A stretch of 64,000 bases of DNA from Candidatus Delongbacteria bacterium (lineage in GTDB: Bacteria > CAIWAD01), in the NCBI GenBank assembly GCA_963663545.1, contig OY760505.1, positions 192,001 through 256,000 on the forward strand, read 5' to 3'. The notes below the pieces were generated by a model. The model was not told the DNA's origin, made no database searches, and saw only the letters and a list, made by a program, of their open reading frames with translations. The translations under genes and the position numbers were made by a program. Shown here one piece after another: positions 9,425 to 19,400 of the stretch; within the stretch, counting starts at the first letter, position 1; the number at the start of each line of letters is the position of its first letter.

Positions 9425-11398
9425 TTACTTGATCAGCAGCATTTTCTGATCGGCTGTCGCACCAAAGGCGCTCAGGCGTGCGAAGTACACACCACTAGCC
9501 AAGGCGGAAGCGTTCCAGTTCAGCTGATGCTCGCCGGCGTTCAGCGTACCCTGCTGCAGCACGGCTACCTGCTCACCCAGCACGTTGTAGACCACCAGGC
9601 TTACCTCACCGGCACGGGTCAGGCTGAAGCTCAGGGTCGTGGTGGGATTGAAGGGGTTCGGATAGTTGGCGTGCAACTCGAACTTGGCAGGCTGCACCTG
9701 CGGGGCCAGATCCGTGAAGTTGTCGAAGTCGTCGTTGGTACGCGGCTCGATCTTCCAGGCACCGTAGTTGTAGGTGATCACACCAGTAAGGTGGTCGGCG
9801 TGGGCGCCCACGGCAATTTCCTGCTCCCAGATACCCGAATTGTCGACGACGATGGTGTTGCCGCTGGCGTCGGTGGCGCGCCACTCGCCGTAGCCCACAT
9901 CCTCGGTCCAGGTGACATCACTCAAACGCACCAGCACGCTCTCGTAGGGCTCTTCGTCTCCCGCAAAGTCGGCCAGGCTCAGATCGACGCTCGGCGTGGC
10001 GTTACCGGTGGAGTTCACCGTCATGGCGCTGATATAGCTCAGCTCGGTGATGTTGTTGTACTCGGTGACCTCACCCGTTATGGTGATGTTGTCACCGCTC
10101 TGCACACCTTCCATCCAGACATCGTGGCTCTGGTTGTTGTAGATCAGGATGCCCGAATACTCACCGGCCGCATCAGCAAAGTAGTAGCTCAGCGAAGTGC
10201 GAGTACTGTCGTAACCGAAGTCATCGTAGCCCATGGTGATTACACCGGTAAGGGTAGCCTCGTGGCAATTGTAATAGGTGGAACCGTCACTGTAATGGTT
10301 CTCCTGAATGGTTGCCACATCGGTAACGGAAACGCCACTAACGAAGAACTGCGGAAACTCTGCGGAGTTGACGCCATCGGCGGGCGAGTAGCTGGTCTCG
10401 CCATCGTCGTCCACGGCCTCGATGTAGTACTCAAGCAGACTGCCCTCGGCCTGGGCCGGAATCTCGGTGGTGAAGAGAATGGGGTTCTCTGCGTCACGCT
10501 GCAGGTCGTACTGGCTCCAGTTTCCGCCATTGACGCGGAAGTAGACGAAAGCCTCATCAACAGCGGTATTGTCGCTGATGTTGGTGCTTACAGTCAGCAG
10601 GTCAGCGGGAGTCGCGCCACAGGGGCCGATTTCGCCGCCACTGATGATGGGAGGGCCAACGGCAATCACGAGATCGTCGATGTAGCGGGGCATTACGTTG
10701 TACTGGCCGTAGACCTGATAAACGACGCCGCGAATCATCTCGTAGGTGGCTCCCAGGGGCGGACGCCCCACATCGTTGAAGTCGGTGGCGGCTGTACGAA
10801 TCACCGTTTCGTCGCCCTCATCGTTGGCGACGGTGAACTGACGATAGCTGGAAGGCGCGCTGATATCCACAACGTAGGCACCCAAAATCTGCACCAGACG
10901 AGCCTCGAGGTGTTCAGCCACGTGAGTATCGTGACGAACAGGATCCAGCTCCCACATGTCGGCCTCAACCGGGTCCGGCATGGGATTCTCGTAGTTGATT
11001 ACCACCAGATCGTTGCCGGGATCGCTCACCACGATTTCCGTCATCTCACTGGTATTACCCAGATCGCCAGTGGTGTGATACTCGCTGATCGTACCTGTGA
11101 CACGCACACTGTCGCCTACCAGCACGTCGAAAGCCTCGCCCGTGGTACCGAACACGAGAATGGCACCCCAGTCGCTTCCCTCCGCGTCGGTCATGTAGAA
11201 GGTACTGTGACTGCCGGCGTAGAACTGGCCTTCGCTGGAAAGGGCGAGACCCTCCAAGATCACGGTCTGTCCGCACATGGCAGAACTGTCAGGGCCGAAC
11301 GCGCCCACGTACTGGGTTTCGGCAATGGTGTGGGTCGCTTCCTGGGCCAATGCCATTCCGGCAACACCCAACACAAGCAACAGAGCCATTTTGCGCAT
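9425..11398 (-). CDS. Secreted tandem OB-fold (ExeM/NucH/YhcR-like) protein with T9SS-type C-terminal sorting domain
   Basis: Two units of TI..Q...GD.V.VTG.(I/V).EY...TE...E..LV...PR..DD. C-terminus ANYPNPFNPTTTLSFSL...LASGVYFARL...KMLLIK. Confidence 0.75.
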   Translation of the reverse strand: MRKMALLLVLGVAGMALAQEATHTIAETQYVGAFGPDSSAMCGQTVILEGLALSSEGQFYAGSHSTFYMTDAEGSDWGAILVFGTTGEAFDVLVGDSVRVTGTISEYHTTGDLGNTSEMTEIVVSDPGNDLVVINYENPMPDPVEADMWELDPVRHDTHVAEHLEARLVQILGAYVVDISAPSSYRQFTVANDEGDETVIRTAATDFNDVGRPPLGATYEMIRGVVYQVYGQYNVMPRYIDDLVIAVGPPIISGGEIGPCGATPADLLTVSTNISDNTAVDEAFVYFRVNGGNWSQYDLQRDAENPILFTTEIPAQAEGSLLEYYIEAVDDDGETSYSPADGVNSAEFPQFFVSGVSVTDVATIQENHYSDGSTYYNCHEATLTGVITMGYDDFGYDSTRTSLSYYFADAAGEYSGILIYNNQSHDVWMEGVQSGDNITITGEVTEYNNITELSYISAMTVNSTGNATPSVDLSLADFAGDEEPYESVLVRLSDVTWTEDVGYGEWRATDASGNTIVVDNSGIWEQEIAVGAHADHLTGVITYNYGAWKIEPRTNDDFDNFTDLAPQVQPAKFELHANYPNPFNPTTTLSFSLTRAGEVSLVVYNVLGEQVAVLQQGTLNAGEHQLNWNASALASGVYFARLSAFGATADQKMLLIK

Positions 11399-11411
11399 GT
11401 TTCTGTCCTTC

Positions 11412-13604
11412 CTATTTGATTACTGCAAACTTGCCGATTTCTACTTCGCCCGTGGCCTTGTCCTCTACCGCGAAGAGATAGAGGCCGGTGGCGATGGCCT
11501 GATCGTCACGGGTGACAAGATCCCAGGCGTGTTCGCCGCCCGAGAAAACAAAATCCGCGCTTTGCGAATCGGTATTGGCTGTATCGTAGGCTTCACGAAT
11601 TTGCAACACGTCCTGTCCCTGGTAGGTGGCGGCGTCGTGCTCGAGTACGTCCACCAGATCACCCGCAAGGGTGAAAATACTGATGGTGCAACGAGCTGGC
11701 AGATGGGTAAACCAGATCACGCGATCGTAGGGGCCGGAGCCATCCCAGTTGGCGTTGCCGCGATAGGGGTTGGGATACACACCGGGTTTGGGGTCTTGTC
11801 CATCAACTGCCGTGTCGGGCAGGTTGCCGGGATAAATGAAAACCCAGTTTTCGCGAACGTTGGATTCCAGACTGGGCAACTCATTCTCAGGCATACCCTG
11901 GTCGTAGGCGGAAACCGCCAGCCAGTTGCCGTTTGGACGACCGTTGGGCAGGTTGGTCAGGTGAAATGCGTAGTGATAGTAGACGCCGTCAACCAGCACC
12001 GAGTCCGCATCGATTCCCAGCACATGGCGCACCTTGATTTCCTCAAGCCCCAGATTGGGCCAGATGTCATTCTCAAGATCGAACTGCGCCAGCAGCGTAT
12101 TATCGTCGCCCTCGGCTTCGGTGATATTGCTGGAGTAAATGCGGTAGCCCTCAAAATCGGCCCAGCCCAGAATGGGATCCACAAAATCCTCGGGGGCGCG
12201 CGTCCAGTACAGGGTTGCCTCGTGGTTGCCCACTTCGACGTGCAATTTTGGGCTGGGCGGCGGCATGGGGAGCAGGTAGCGATCAAGAATGTCGTCGCCG
12301 TCCTGGTCTTCACCCGGGTCCAGCACACCATTGCGGTTCTTGTCTTCTCCGTCCCAGGCGATGCGCGCCCAGTTGGTTGAGACCACCAGATTGTGCGCCA
12401 ACATCTGCAGGTACTCTTCGCCCGTGTTGGGGACATCGCTGGGCGAGATGAATTCCCACTCGGCGCAGCCGATGGCAAACACGGCGTTCAGGCTTTCGCC
12501 CGGCTCCAGACGGCCGAAATTATCTGCCGCGGTCAGCACCATCCAGGACTGCGCGTCCACCTCTCCATAGGGGAAAGCCGCGTCATCCAGCGAAGGCGTA
12601 GTGGCCATGGCGAAGAAGCGCTCCTCGTCGTTGGCAGGCATGATCAGGTCAGGGAAATCGCTGTTGTAGGTCGAGGTCCAGACCCAAACGCGCGAATTAG
12701 GAACGAGCGCCGTGGGATCGCTCAAATGCGGTGCACTGCCGCCGATGAACCGACAACCCACCATCGACTCGGCATAGCCCAGGTCACCGTCGGCGTCATA
12801 GCCGATGCCCATGTTGATGGTATCGCCTTCGGCGGTGGTATTGCCATCCGTGCGCACGATGCCTGCCAGGTTGTCCCGCCAGTCCCATTCGCCGGGCGTG
12901 TAGTAGTCGGTGTAGTTGAAATTGCCAACCGACTCATCCAGCCAGTAACCCACACGAACGCTGTCGATGGTCCAGCCGACGCTGTCCGGATCGTATTGCT
13001 GGCTGATATTGGTGATGGTCGCATCCAGGATAACGAAGCCTTCGGCGTAGGAGTAGTTCCAGGCCAGGCTGGTCAGATCCACCTTCAACCCCATGGGCGT
13101 GTGGTTCAGGATTTCAGTGGTCTCGCCCGGCACGACCGTAGCCGTGTCCGTGTAGCTGGTGTAGAAATCCTGATGGCTGATGGCGGTTGTGTCGTAGTGG
13201 GAGCTGCTGCGCAAACCGCTTCGCTCAATGATAGAGTAAGCGGGATTCGTGGCAATCTCCTCTTGACCGGCATTGTTCCACTCCCAACCGGGGCGCGAGG
13301 ACGGTGATCCATCAACGCAACCGGTACTGACGCGGTGCACGCCTTCAACAATGCCGCCGACCCAAATGCCGCCGTAGCTGAAGTGCTCCACCTGCTCAAA
13401 ATCCAACTCGGAGTACTGCTTGTACAAACAGGAGGGCTGGCCTTCAATGTTGTAGCCGTGTCCGATGAGCCCGAAGTTGGTCACCGTCATCCCGATCTGC
13501 CCCACCGAAGTGTAGTGGTTGTAATCGTCGGCGGCACGCAAACAAGGTGAAAGAAAGCCTGACGCCGCCAGGGCGCACAGGACCAGCAGTCGCTGAAGAT
13601 TCAT
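11412..13604 (-). CDS. Secreted hypothetical protein with CTD-like C-terminus (TonB receptor/PorV-locus associated)
   Basis: Signal peptide MNLQRLLVLCALAASG. PPPSPKL...DFEGYRIY FN3-like segment. C-terminus VYPNPY...IFTLAGDLV...WDLVTR...IATGLYLFAV...GKFAVIK. Confidence 0.75.
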   Translation of the reverse strand: MNLQRLLVLCALAASGFLSPCLRAADDYNHYTSVGQIGMTVTNFGLIGHGYNIEGQPSCLYKQYSELDFEQVEHFSYGGIWVGGIVEGVHRVSTGCVDGSPSSRPGWEWNNAGQEEIATNPAYSIIERSGLRSSSHYDTTAISHQDFYTSYTDTATVVPGETTEILNHTPMGLKVDLTSLAWNYSYAEGFVILDATITNISQQYDPDSVGWTIDSVRVGYWLDESVGNFNYTDYYTPGEWDWRDNLAGIVRTDGNTTAEGDTINMGIGYDADGDLGYAESMVGCRFIGGSAPHLSDPTALVPNSRVWVWTSTYNSDFPDLIMPANDEERFFAMATTPSLDDAAFPYGEVDAQSWMVLTAADNFGRLEPGESLNAVFAIGCAEWEFISPSDVPNTGEEYLQMLAHNLVVSTNWARIAWDGEDKNRNGVLDPGEDQDGDDILDRYLLPMPPPSPKLHVEVGNHEATLYWTRAPEDFVDPILGWADFEGYRIYSSNITEAEGDDNTLLAQFDLENDIWPNLGLEEIKVRHVLGIDADSVLVDGVYYHYAFHLTNLPNGRPNGNWLAVSAYDQGMPENELPSLESNVRENWVFIYPGNLPDTAVDGQDPKPGVYPNPYRGNANWDGSGPYDRVIWFTHLPARCTISIFTLAGDLVDVLEHDAATYQGQDVLQIREAYDTANTDSQSADFVFSGGEHAWDLVTRDDQAIATGLYLFAVEDKATGEVEIGKFAVIK

Positions 13605-13789
13605 GTAAGTACCTGAAAGGATCTTTGTACTGGCTGCCTTGCCTGGAACGTCCAATTCCCGTTCGGAACTGCCCGCTACAACACCGGGACTTCACGCCCC
13701 GGCAAGTGACACTCCGGCAGAATAAGGCGTGTAAGTTAATGTAATGTGAGGCAATCTGGACAGACCTTTGACGCGGTCAAGAAAGGGCC

Positions 13790-14794
13790 TCACTCGCTGG
13801 CCAATGCCAGCATGCGTGTCATCAACGCGGCAAAGTCGACGCCGACTGCGGCAGCGGCCTTGGGCACGAGACTAGTGGCGGTCATGCCAGGAGTTGTATT
13901 CAACTCAAGACAGAAAGCTTGCTCGTCCAGATCCAACCTGAAATCGGTGCGCGTGACACCACGGCAACCCAACATGCGGTTCAGATCACAGGTCCAAGTA
14001 GCCAAGCGCTGTGCCAGCTCGGGACGAATCTCCGCCGGGCATTGGTACTCGGTTCCGCCCAAGTACTTGTGCCGATAGTCGTACCATCCCTCGCGCGGCT
14101 TGATTTCCACCACTGGCAGGCTTTCACCCCCCAGCCAGGAAACGGTGAGCTCGCGCCCGGGAATGTACTCCTCCACCAGAACGTCGTCGCCCAGCTCGCG
14201 CACGCGCTCGATGGCGCCTTCGATCTGGTCCTCGCGCTCGCACAGGCTGATGCCCACGCTACTGCCCATGGTGTTCGGCTTCACAATCAGCGGCAGGCCC
14301 AGGCGTGTTACAAGACTCGCCGGAGCCGGGTCGGAGTCGGTGGCAACAAGGGGCAGCAGCAGCCAATCGGGAGTCGAAATCCCCAACGCGGTCATCATGG
14401 CCTTGCTGCGATGCTTGTCCATGGCCAGCTGCATCGCCAGCGAAGGACCGGAACTGTGGCGCAACCCCAGCAACTCCAGCAGCACCGCCAGCTTGCCATT
14501 TTCGCCCATGCCGCCGTGCAGACAGTTGAAGACCAGCTCAGGCTGTTGGGCTGCCAGCGTGTTCATCAGGAGCTGAATCTGGGCTGCATCCAGAGAGCTC
14601 AGGTGTTCTTCGCGCTCGCTTAGCCCCTCACCGAAGGGAAACTCCGCCAGCGGCAGAACCCGCTCGGGCTCCAGCGGATCGAGCAGCAAGAGCTCGTGCC
14701 CCAACCCGGCCAAGGCCGACGCGCAAGCGCGACCACTAACCAGCGAAACATCACGTTCGCCCGATTCACCACCGAGCAACAGCAAGATCTTCAT
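13790..14794 (-). CDS. ddl: D-alanine--D-alanine ligase
   Basis: Motifs GGESGERDVSLVSG, LHGGMGENG, KPNTMGSSVG, YDYRHKY and ELNTTPGMT. Confidence 0.95.
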   Translation of the reverse strand: MKILLLLGGESGERDVSLVSGRACASALAGLGHELLLLDPLEPERVLPLAEFPFGEGLSEREEHLSSLDAAQIQLLMNTLAAQQPELVFNCLHGGMGENGKLAVLLELLGLRHSSGPSLAMQLAMDKHRSKAMMTALGISTPDWLLLPLVATDSDPAPASLVTRLGLPLIVKPNTMGSSVGISLCEREDQIEGAIERVRELGDDVLVEEYIPGRELTVSWLGGESLPVVEIKPREGWYDYRHKYLGGTEYQCPAEIRPELAQRLATWTCDLNRMLGCRGVTRTDFRLDLDEQAFCLELNTTPGMTATSLVPKAAAAVGVDFAALMTRMLALASE

Positions 14795-14805
14795 CGTGAT
14801 CCTCC

Positions 14806-15702
14806 TCAGGCCTTCAGCCTGCGCTGAGCGGAAAACAGCGTATTACGCAACAACACAGCAATGGTCATCGGTCCCACGCCTCCCGGCACGGGTGTAATGG
14901 CCCGGCAGCGGGGAGCAACGGCCTCGTAGTCGACGTCGCCGACAATGCGATAGCCCTTTTTAGCGCTGGCGTCCTCAACGCGATTAATGCCCACGTCGAT
15001 GACAACGGCTCCCGGCTTGACCATGTCCGCGCCAATGTAATGGGGGCGACCGATGGCGGCAATCAGAAGATCGGCCTGGCGGGTAATGCTGGCGATGTCA
15101 CGGGTACGGCTGTGACACACGGTGACGGTGCAGTCAGCGTGCTTGCCCTTCTGCACCAGCAGGCTGGCCATGGGCTTACCCACAATGTTGCTGCGGCCAA
15201 CGACAACAGCGTGCATGCCCGCAGTCTCGATGCCGCTGCGAATCAGTAGCTCGATAATACCGGCAGGCGTCGCGGGTGCGAAAGCATCGGGCAAACCAAT
15301 GAGCACCTTGCCCGTGGAGACCGGATGGAAACCATCTACATCCTTGGCGGGATCAATACGCTCAATGACCTCCTGCTCATCCAAATGGGCGGGCAGAGGC
15401 AGTTGCACTAGAATGCCGTCGATGGCCGGGTCCTGATTCAACCTGTCCACCAGTGCTAGCAATGTATCACGACTTGTATCCACAGGAAGACGCTCTGTAA
15501 CACTGTGAAAACCAGCCTGCAGACAGGCTTTTCCTTTGCTGCTGACATAGACTTTGCTGGCCGGATCATCACCCACCAGCACCGCGGCCAATCCCGGCGG
15601 GCGGCCATGACGTTCACACAATTCTGCCGCTTCGCGTGCGACTTCTCCGCGCAGCTCTTCAGCAATGCGCTTGCCGTCAATAATCAGTGGAGTTTGTGTC
15701 AC
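14806..15702 (-). CDS. folD: Methylenetetrahydrofolate dehydrogenase/cyclohydrolase
   Basis: Motifs GILVQLPLP, KDVDGFHP, GRSNIVGKP and PVPGGVGPMT. GTG start at 15702 overlaps the upstream stop. Confidence 0.95.
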   Translation of the reverse strand: MTQTPLIIDGKRIAEELRGEVAREAAELCERHGRPPGLAAVLVGDDPASKVYVSSKGKACLQAGFHSVTERLPVDTSRDTLLALVDRLNQDPAIDGILVQLPLPAHLDEQEVIERIDPAKDVDGFHPVSTGKVLIGLPDAFAPATPAGIIELLIRSGIETAGMHAVVVGRSNIVGKPMASLLVQKGKHADCTVTVCHSRTRDIASITRQADLLIAAIGRPHYIGADMVKPGAVVIDVGINRVEDASAKKGYRIVGDVDYEAVAPRCRAITPVPGGVGPMTIAVLLRNTLFSAQRRLKA

Positions 15703-16709
15703 GATGTTTCCTTTCGCTTGGCATCCTGCCATCTTGCGTAGGCGCCCGCGTAGTGCAGATACACAATCAGATCGTAGAGGCGGTCCGGAAAGAGGAAGCC
15801 GTTTGTCAGCTCTTCCATCCGGCAGAGCGCACGCTCCGCACCAAGGGCAGATAAAAGGCGCAGCGGGCTACTGAACTGCGCAGAGGAAGGATCCAGTCGG
15901 CCCAATTGCAGTCTATCGTACAGTTGGGGATGTGCTTCGAGCAGCAGAGGTATCACGCGCTCACCAAAGGTTACCAGGTTGCGACAGTGGGCGGTGAAGC
16001 TGCGTTCCTGCGCGTGCAGGCCAACGGCGCGTTTGCGATGTAATTGACGTCCGCCTGCCGCTTCAAGCCTCAGCCCCATGTCAATGTCTTCCCCGCCCCA
16101 GACGCGCAGCCGCTCGTCAAAACCGCCCGTACTCAAGAAAAGCTCGCGGTGAACCATGCTGTTGCAGGTGTAGAAGTACCGCGCAGGCACGCTGGCTCCA
16201 TCGGGAAGCTTGGCTGGCCCCCTGCCCTGCAGGTAGCGCTGATAGCTCTTGAGACATCCGCCCTCCTGGCTCTCGTAGAGCATACTTCCAATGCCGATCT
16301 CATGAGGAGATGTAATACCCGCACTTAGTTGTATCACCCAGTCGGCGCTAACCCGCAAGTCGGCGTCAAGAAAGAGCAGCCACTCACCCTTCGCCTGTGA
16401 TACAGCAGCGTTACGAGCTGCACTGCGCCCCCGGTTCTGTTCAAGATCGACAGGAATCAGTGGCAATGTGGCCCATTGTCCCGGTGATACACTTGCAGCC
16501 AACAGCCTTTGTCTGCTTGCCTCGGGCACACTGGCCTGTGAATCACGCGCCAACGCCAACAGCTCGCGCGTATCGTCGGTTGAGCCATCGATGGCGATGA
16601 CGATTTCCAGCTCTCCTGCACACTGGGGAAGCTGCTCCAGCGAGCGCAGGCAGCGCAACAGCAGCGTACCATCATTGTAGGTTGGAACGATGACGCTGTA
16701 GCGGATCAT
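15699..16709 (-). CDS. Glycosyltransferase family 2
   Basis: Motifs SVIVPTYN, DGSTD, GRSAARN, FLDAD and GFDE...WGGED. Confidence 0.9.
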   Translation of the reverse strand: MIRYSVIVPTYNDGTLLLRCLRSLEQLPQCAGELEIVIAIDGSTDDTRELLALARDSQASVPEASRQRLLAASVSPGQWATLPLIPVDLEQNRGRSAARNAAVSQAKGEWLLFLDADLRVSADWVIQLSAGITSPHEIGIGSMLYESQEGGCLKSYQRYLQGRGPAKLPDGASVPARYFYTCNSMVHRELFLSTGGFDERLRVWGGEDIDMGLRLEAAGGRQLHRKRAVGLHAQERSFTAHCRNLVTFGERVIPLLLEAHPQLYDRLQLGRLDPSSAQFSSPLRLLSALGAERALCRMEELTNGFLFPDRLYDLIVYLHYAGAYARWQDAKRKETS

Positions 16710-17842
16710 GACCTAAAACACTCCAGCAATCGTGATTCCTCTTCTTCCCAGCACAAGTCCAGTGCGGCTCTGGCAAAGGCTTCTTCGCGTGCTACACGCC
16801 ACGCAGGATCTAACAGCTGTGTCACAGCGGAGGCCAAGGCACTCTCATCCTGTGGTGATACACAACGTCCCAGGTCGCGCTGCTCGATGATGGCCTGCAA
16901 CTCCGGCAAGGGGCTCGCAAGGAGTGGAAGTCCGGCCTGCAGATACTCGAAGAGTTTGTTGGGCAGAATGTAGCGATAACTCAGGCCGAGATCGGGAATG
17001 GGGATCAAGCCCAGATCAGCTCCGCGCGTCAACTCTGGAAGAAGATCGCTGCGCACCTTACCCGGTATATGCACGCGCTCTTTCCAGGGCAGTGTATCAC
17101 GCAATTCGCGCAAAGCTGCCGCACCAGGTCCATCGCCCAGCAGCACCAACTGCGACCGTGCCGCATTTCCGGCCAGTTTACCCAGCATGCGCAGAAGCGG
17201 CGCAAAGTCATATCCGGGCCAGAAGCCACCCTGATAGAGCAGTACCGGCCCATCGCCCAACTCCGGTAGCAACTGCTGCAATCTCCGGCGATCGTGCACA
17301 CTATCGCGGTTATAGCTGTAGCCGGGCATGTTTCGTACAACGCCCACATTGCGCACGCCGTAGAGACGCTCCAACTCACGGGCAATGGAGCTACACACGC
17401 TGAAGGCGCTGTCACTGCGTCGGATGCCGTAGCCCTCGATGCAGCGCCAGATTCCTCGTATCACCGGACGGCTTCGAACCGTGGGCAATTCGATGTAATA
17501 CTCGCGACTGTCGTAAATGAGCCGGTAGCCCAGACGTGCCTTCGCCAGTGCGGCCGGCCCCAATGCTGGAGGATCAATCGCCAGTACAGCCTGCGGCCTT
17601 TCTTCGTGCAACAGGCGATACCACTGCCGCATGAAGCGAGCGAAATAGCTCTTTCTTCGACCGGCACGCGCATTGGGCAGACGGATCAATTCCGCCTTCG
17701 GCCAGGCTGACGAGGGTGGATGTGTGCCGTTGTCGACCCACGTGACACGCAGTTCGTGCCCCGCCCGGCGCAGGCTCTCCGCCATGCGCTCAAGACGGCG
17801 CTCGTGACTCAGCTCCGAAAGGATGCCGATCAGTATGCGCAC
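16706..17842 (-). CDS. Glycosyltransferase family 4 (GT-B)
   Basis: Motifs LIYDSREYY and PNKLFEYLQAGLP. Confidence 0.9.
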   Translation of the reverse strand: MRILIGILSELSHERRLERMAESLRRAGHELRVTWVDNGTHPPSSAWPKAELIRLPNARAGRRKSYFARFMRQWYRLLHEERPQAVLAIDPPALGPAALAKARLGYRLIYDSREYYIELPTVRSRPVIRGIWRCIEGYGIRRSDSAFSVCSSIARELERLYGVRNVGVVRNMPGYSYNRDSVHDRRRLQQLLPELGDGPVLLYQGGFWPGYDFAPLLRMLGKLAGNAARSQLVLLGDGPGAAALRELRDTLPWKERVHIPGKVRSDLLPELTRGADLGLIPIPDLGLSYRYILPNKLFEYLQAGLPLLASPLPELQAIIEQRDLGRCVSPQDESALASAVTQLLDPAWRVAREEAFARAALDLCWEEEESRLLECFRS

Positions 17843-17849
17843 GATTTCC

Positions 17850-19400
17850 TCAGGTCAATTGCCGACCACCGCGGCGGTAGCGTTCACGTCGTTTCCAGTG
17901 TTCGCCCACGGTGCCAAGACCGGCCACCCAGGCGTTGCCCTCGGCGATTTGCTGCAGCAGATGCTGGTAGTGGTCGCGTCGATCCGGAAAATCCTCGCGG
18001 CAAAGCACGTGCGGATGCCAGTTGATGGTGAGCAGGCTTCCCGTACGCCGCGTCAGATCCAGTAGGCGATGGCTGCTTTCAAGCGCCTCGTGGGCCTCGA
18101 GTTTCATCTCGTCGTAGAGCTGGCTGTCCATCAGCACCAGCGGAATCTCAAGCAGCTCGTGGGCGCGGCGCGAAGTCAGATTCCAAGGGTAAAAAGGCAG
18201 ACCGGTCCCCGCGCGATAACCGGGCGAATCATTCCACCCCAGACTGCTGTCGACCGTCAGGCCCGACAGTTCCTGATCCTGCCAGGTCTGCTCCCTGTCA
18301 CAGCGTAGCCAGTGCTGGCGAACTACGGTGATACGATCGCCGCTCAGTCGCTCGATGAGTGCCCGTTCGTCCTGCAGGCGAGCGCGATCCCCCATGGTGT
18401 ACCAACCGGCGTGCAGGGCCACTTCACGTCCGCGTTCCTTCAGTCGTGTCAGTAATTCGTTGACCTGAGTGCGTGATACATGGTAGCGATAAGTCTGATG
18501 ATCATGGCTTTCCGCCAGAAAAAGGAAACTGGACATCAAGCCCCAATGCTCCTCCAGATCCGCCATTTCCTCGACGAGAAACCAGGGATCACGACCACCG
18601 CGCAGGCAGTGTATCACTTCGCGCCACTCGGTGGCCAGCCTGCGCCAGCGCGTGGACATGGCGTAGAGAGGCGTACGTAAAAGCAGATGTAACACGCTGC
18701 GAGCGCGCCATTTGTAGAGCATGTCAACGTCGTGGCTCAAACATACTGCCCAACGATGATTCTTCGGCCAGCGCGGCATACACACGGGCGCACCAGCGGC
18801 ATCGCTGCGCAGATCAAGCAGGTTCTGCAAAAATTGCAGCAGGCGGTCAATCCAGGGATAATCGACAACTTTGTGCGCCGCCATCCAGGAGCCTGCCGAG
18901 GAAGCAGCACGCGCCGCCTCGCGAAACTCGGGACGGGTTTCCTCTACCCGCGCCAACCAGCGGAACACCGGACCCAACGGATCGAAACCAAGCTCGATCA
19001 AGGTGGTGGCACCCTCCTGCCGCACCTGAAAAGGACTGTGGCTTTCGTGGTCGCGATAGCGCCAGGGAACACCATCGTGCCTGGCCCAGCCGCGGTATTC
19101 GCCAAACACGGGCAGCGGTCCAGGCTCGATCCAGGCTTTCTGCCGTGATGCATTTCGGTCATCGAACTGATAGGGAATCAGCAGCACAAGGTGCAGATCA
19201 GCAGGAAGACTCAGCCCTTCGGGCGCACCCACCACAATCAGGCGCTTCAGGCCGGTGCAAGGTTCAGTGGCGCGTAACACACGCAGATTGACACCCAGCG
19301 CGGAAGCGATGAAATCCATCGCGTACTGCAACTCGGAGCGACGATGTTCAGGGCAGGCCAGAATAAGGCCCAGGCTTTCGATGGCAGCTTTCACTGCCAC
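17850..19400 (-). CDS. Polysaccharide deacetylase (NodB-like) family protein
   Basis: Motifs LSHDVD, EVALH, RQHWLR, DSSLG, GYRAGT, EIPLVLMD and INWH. Confidence 0.8.
   Translation of the reverse strand: MAVKAAIESLGLILACPEHRRSELQYAMDFIASALGVNLRVLRATEPCTGLKRLIVVGAPEGLSLPADLHLVLLIPYQFDDRNASRQKAWIEPGPLPVFGEYRGWARHDGVPWRYRDHESHSPFQVRQEGATTLIELGFDPLGPVFRWLARVEETRPEFREAARAASSAGSWMAAHKVVDYPWIDRLLQFLQNLLDLRSDAAGAPVCMPRWPKNHRWAVCLSHDVDMLYKWRARSVLHLLLRTPLYAMSTRWRRLATEWREVIHCLRGGRDPWFLVEEMADLEEHWGLMSSFLFLAESHDHQTYRYHVSRTQVNELLTRLKERGREVALHAGWYTMGDRARLQDERALIERLSGDRITVVRQHWLRCDREQTWQDQELSGLTVDSSLGWNDSPGYRAGTGLPFYPWNLTSRRAHELLEIPLVLMDSQLYDEMKLEAHEALESSHRLLDLTRRTGSLLTINWHPHVLCREDFPDRRDHYQHLLQQIAEGNAWVAGLGTVGEHWKRRERYRRGGRQLT

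Noticed and set aside
9071..11419. 782-aa ORF on the + strand
   Set aside because: Antisense shadow of the strongly codon-biased OB-fold gene, with no recognisable motifs.
15464..15484. Motif as DnaA boxes or an origin (TGTATCCACA nearby)
   Set aside because: It differs from TTATNCACA, is dispersed in coding DNA, and there is no clustered AT-rich intergenic origin.
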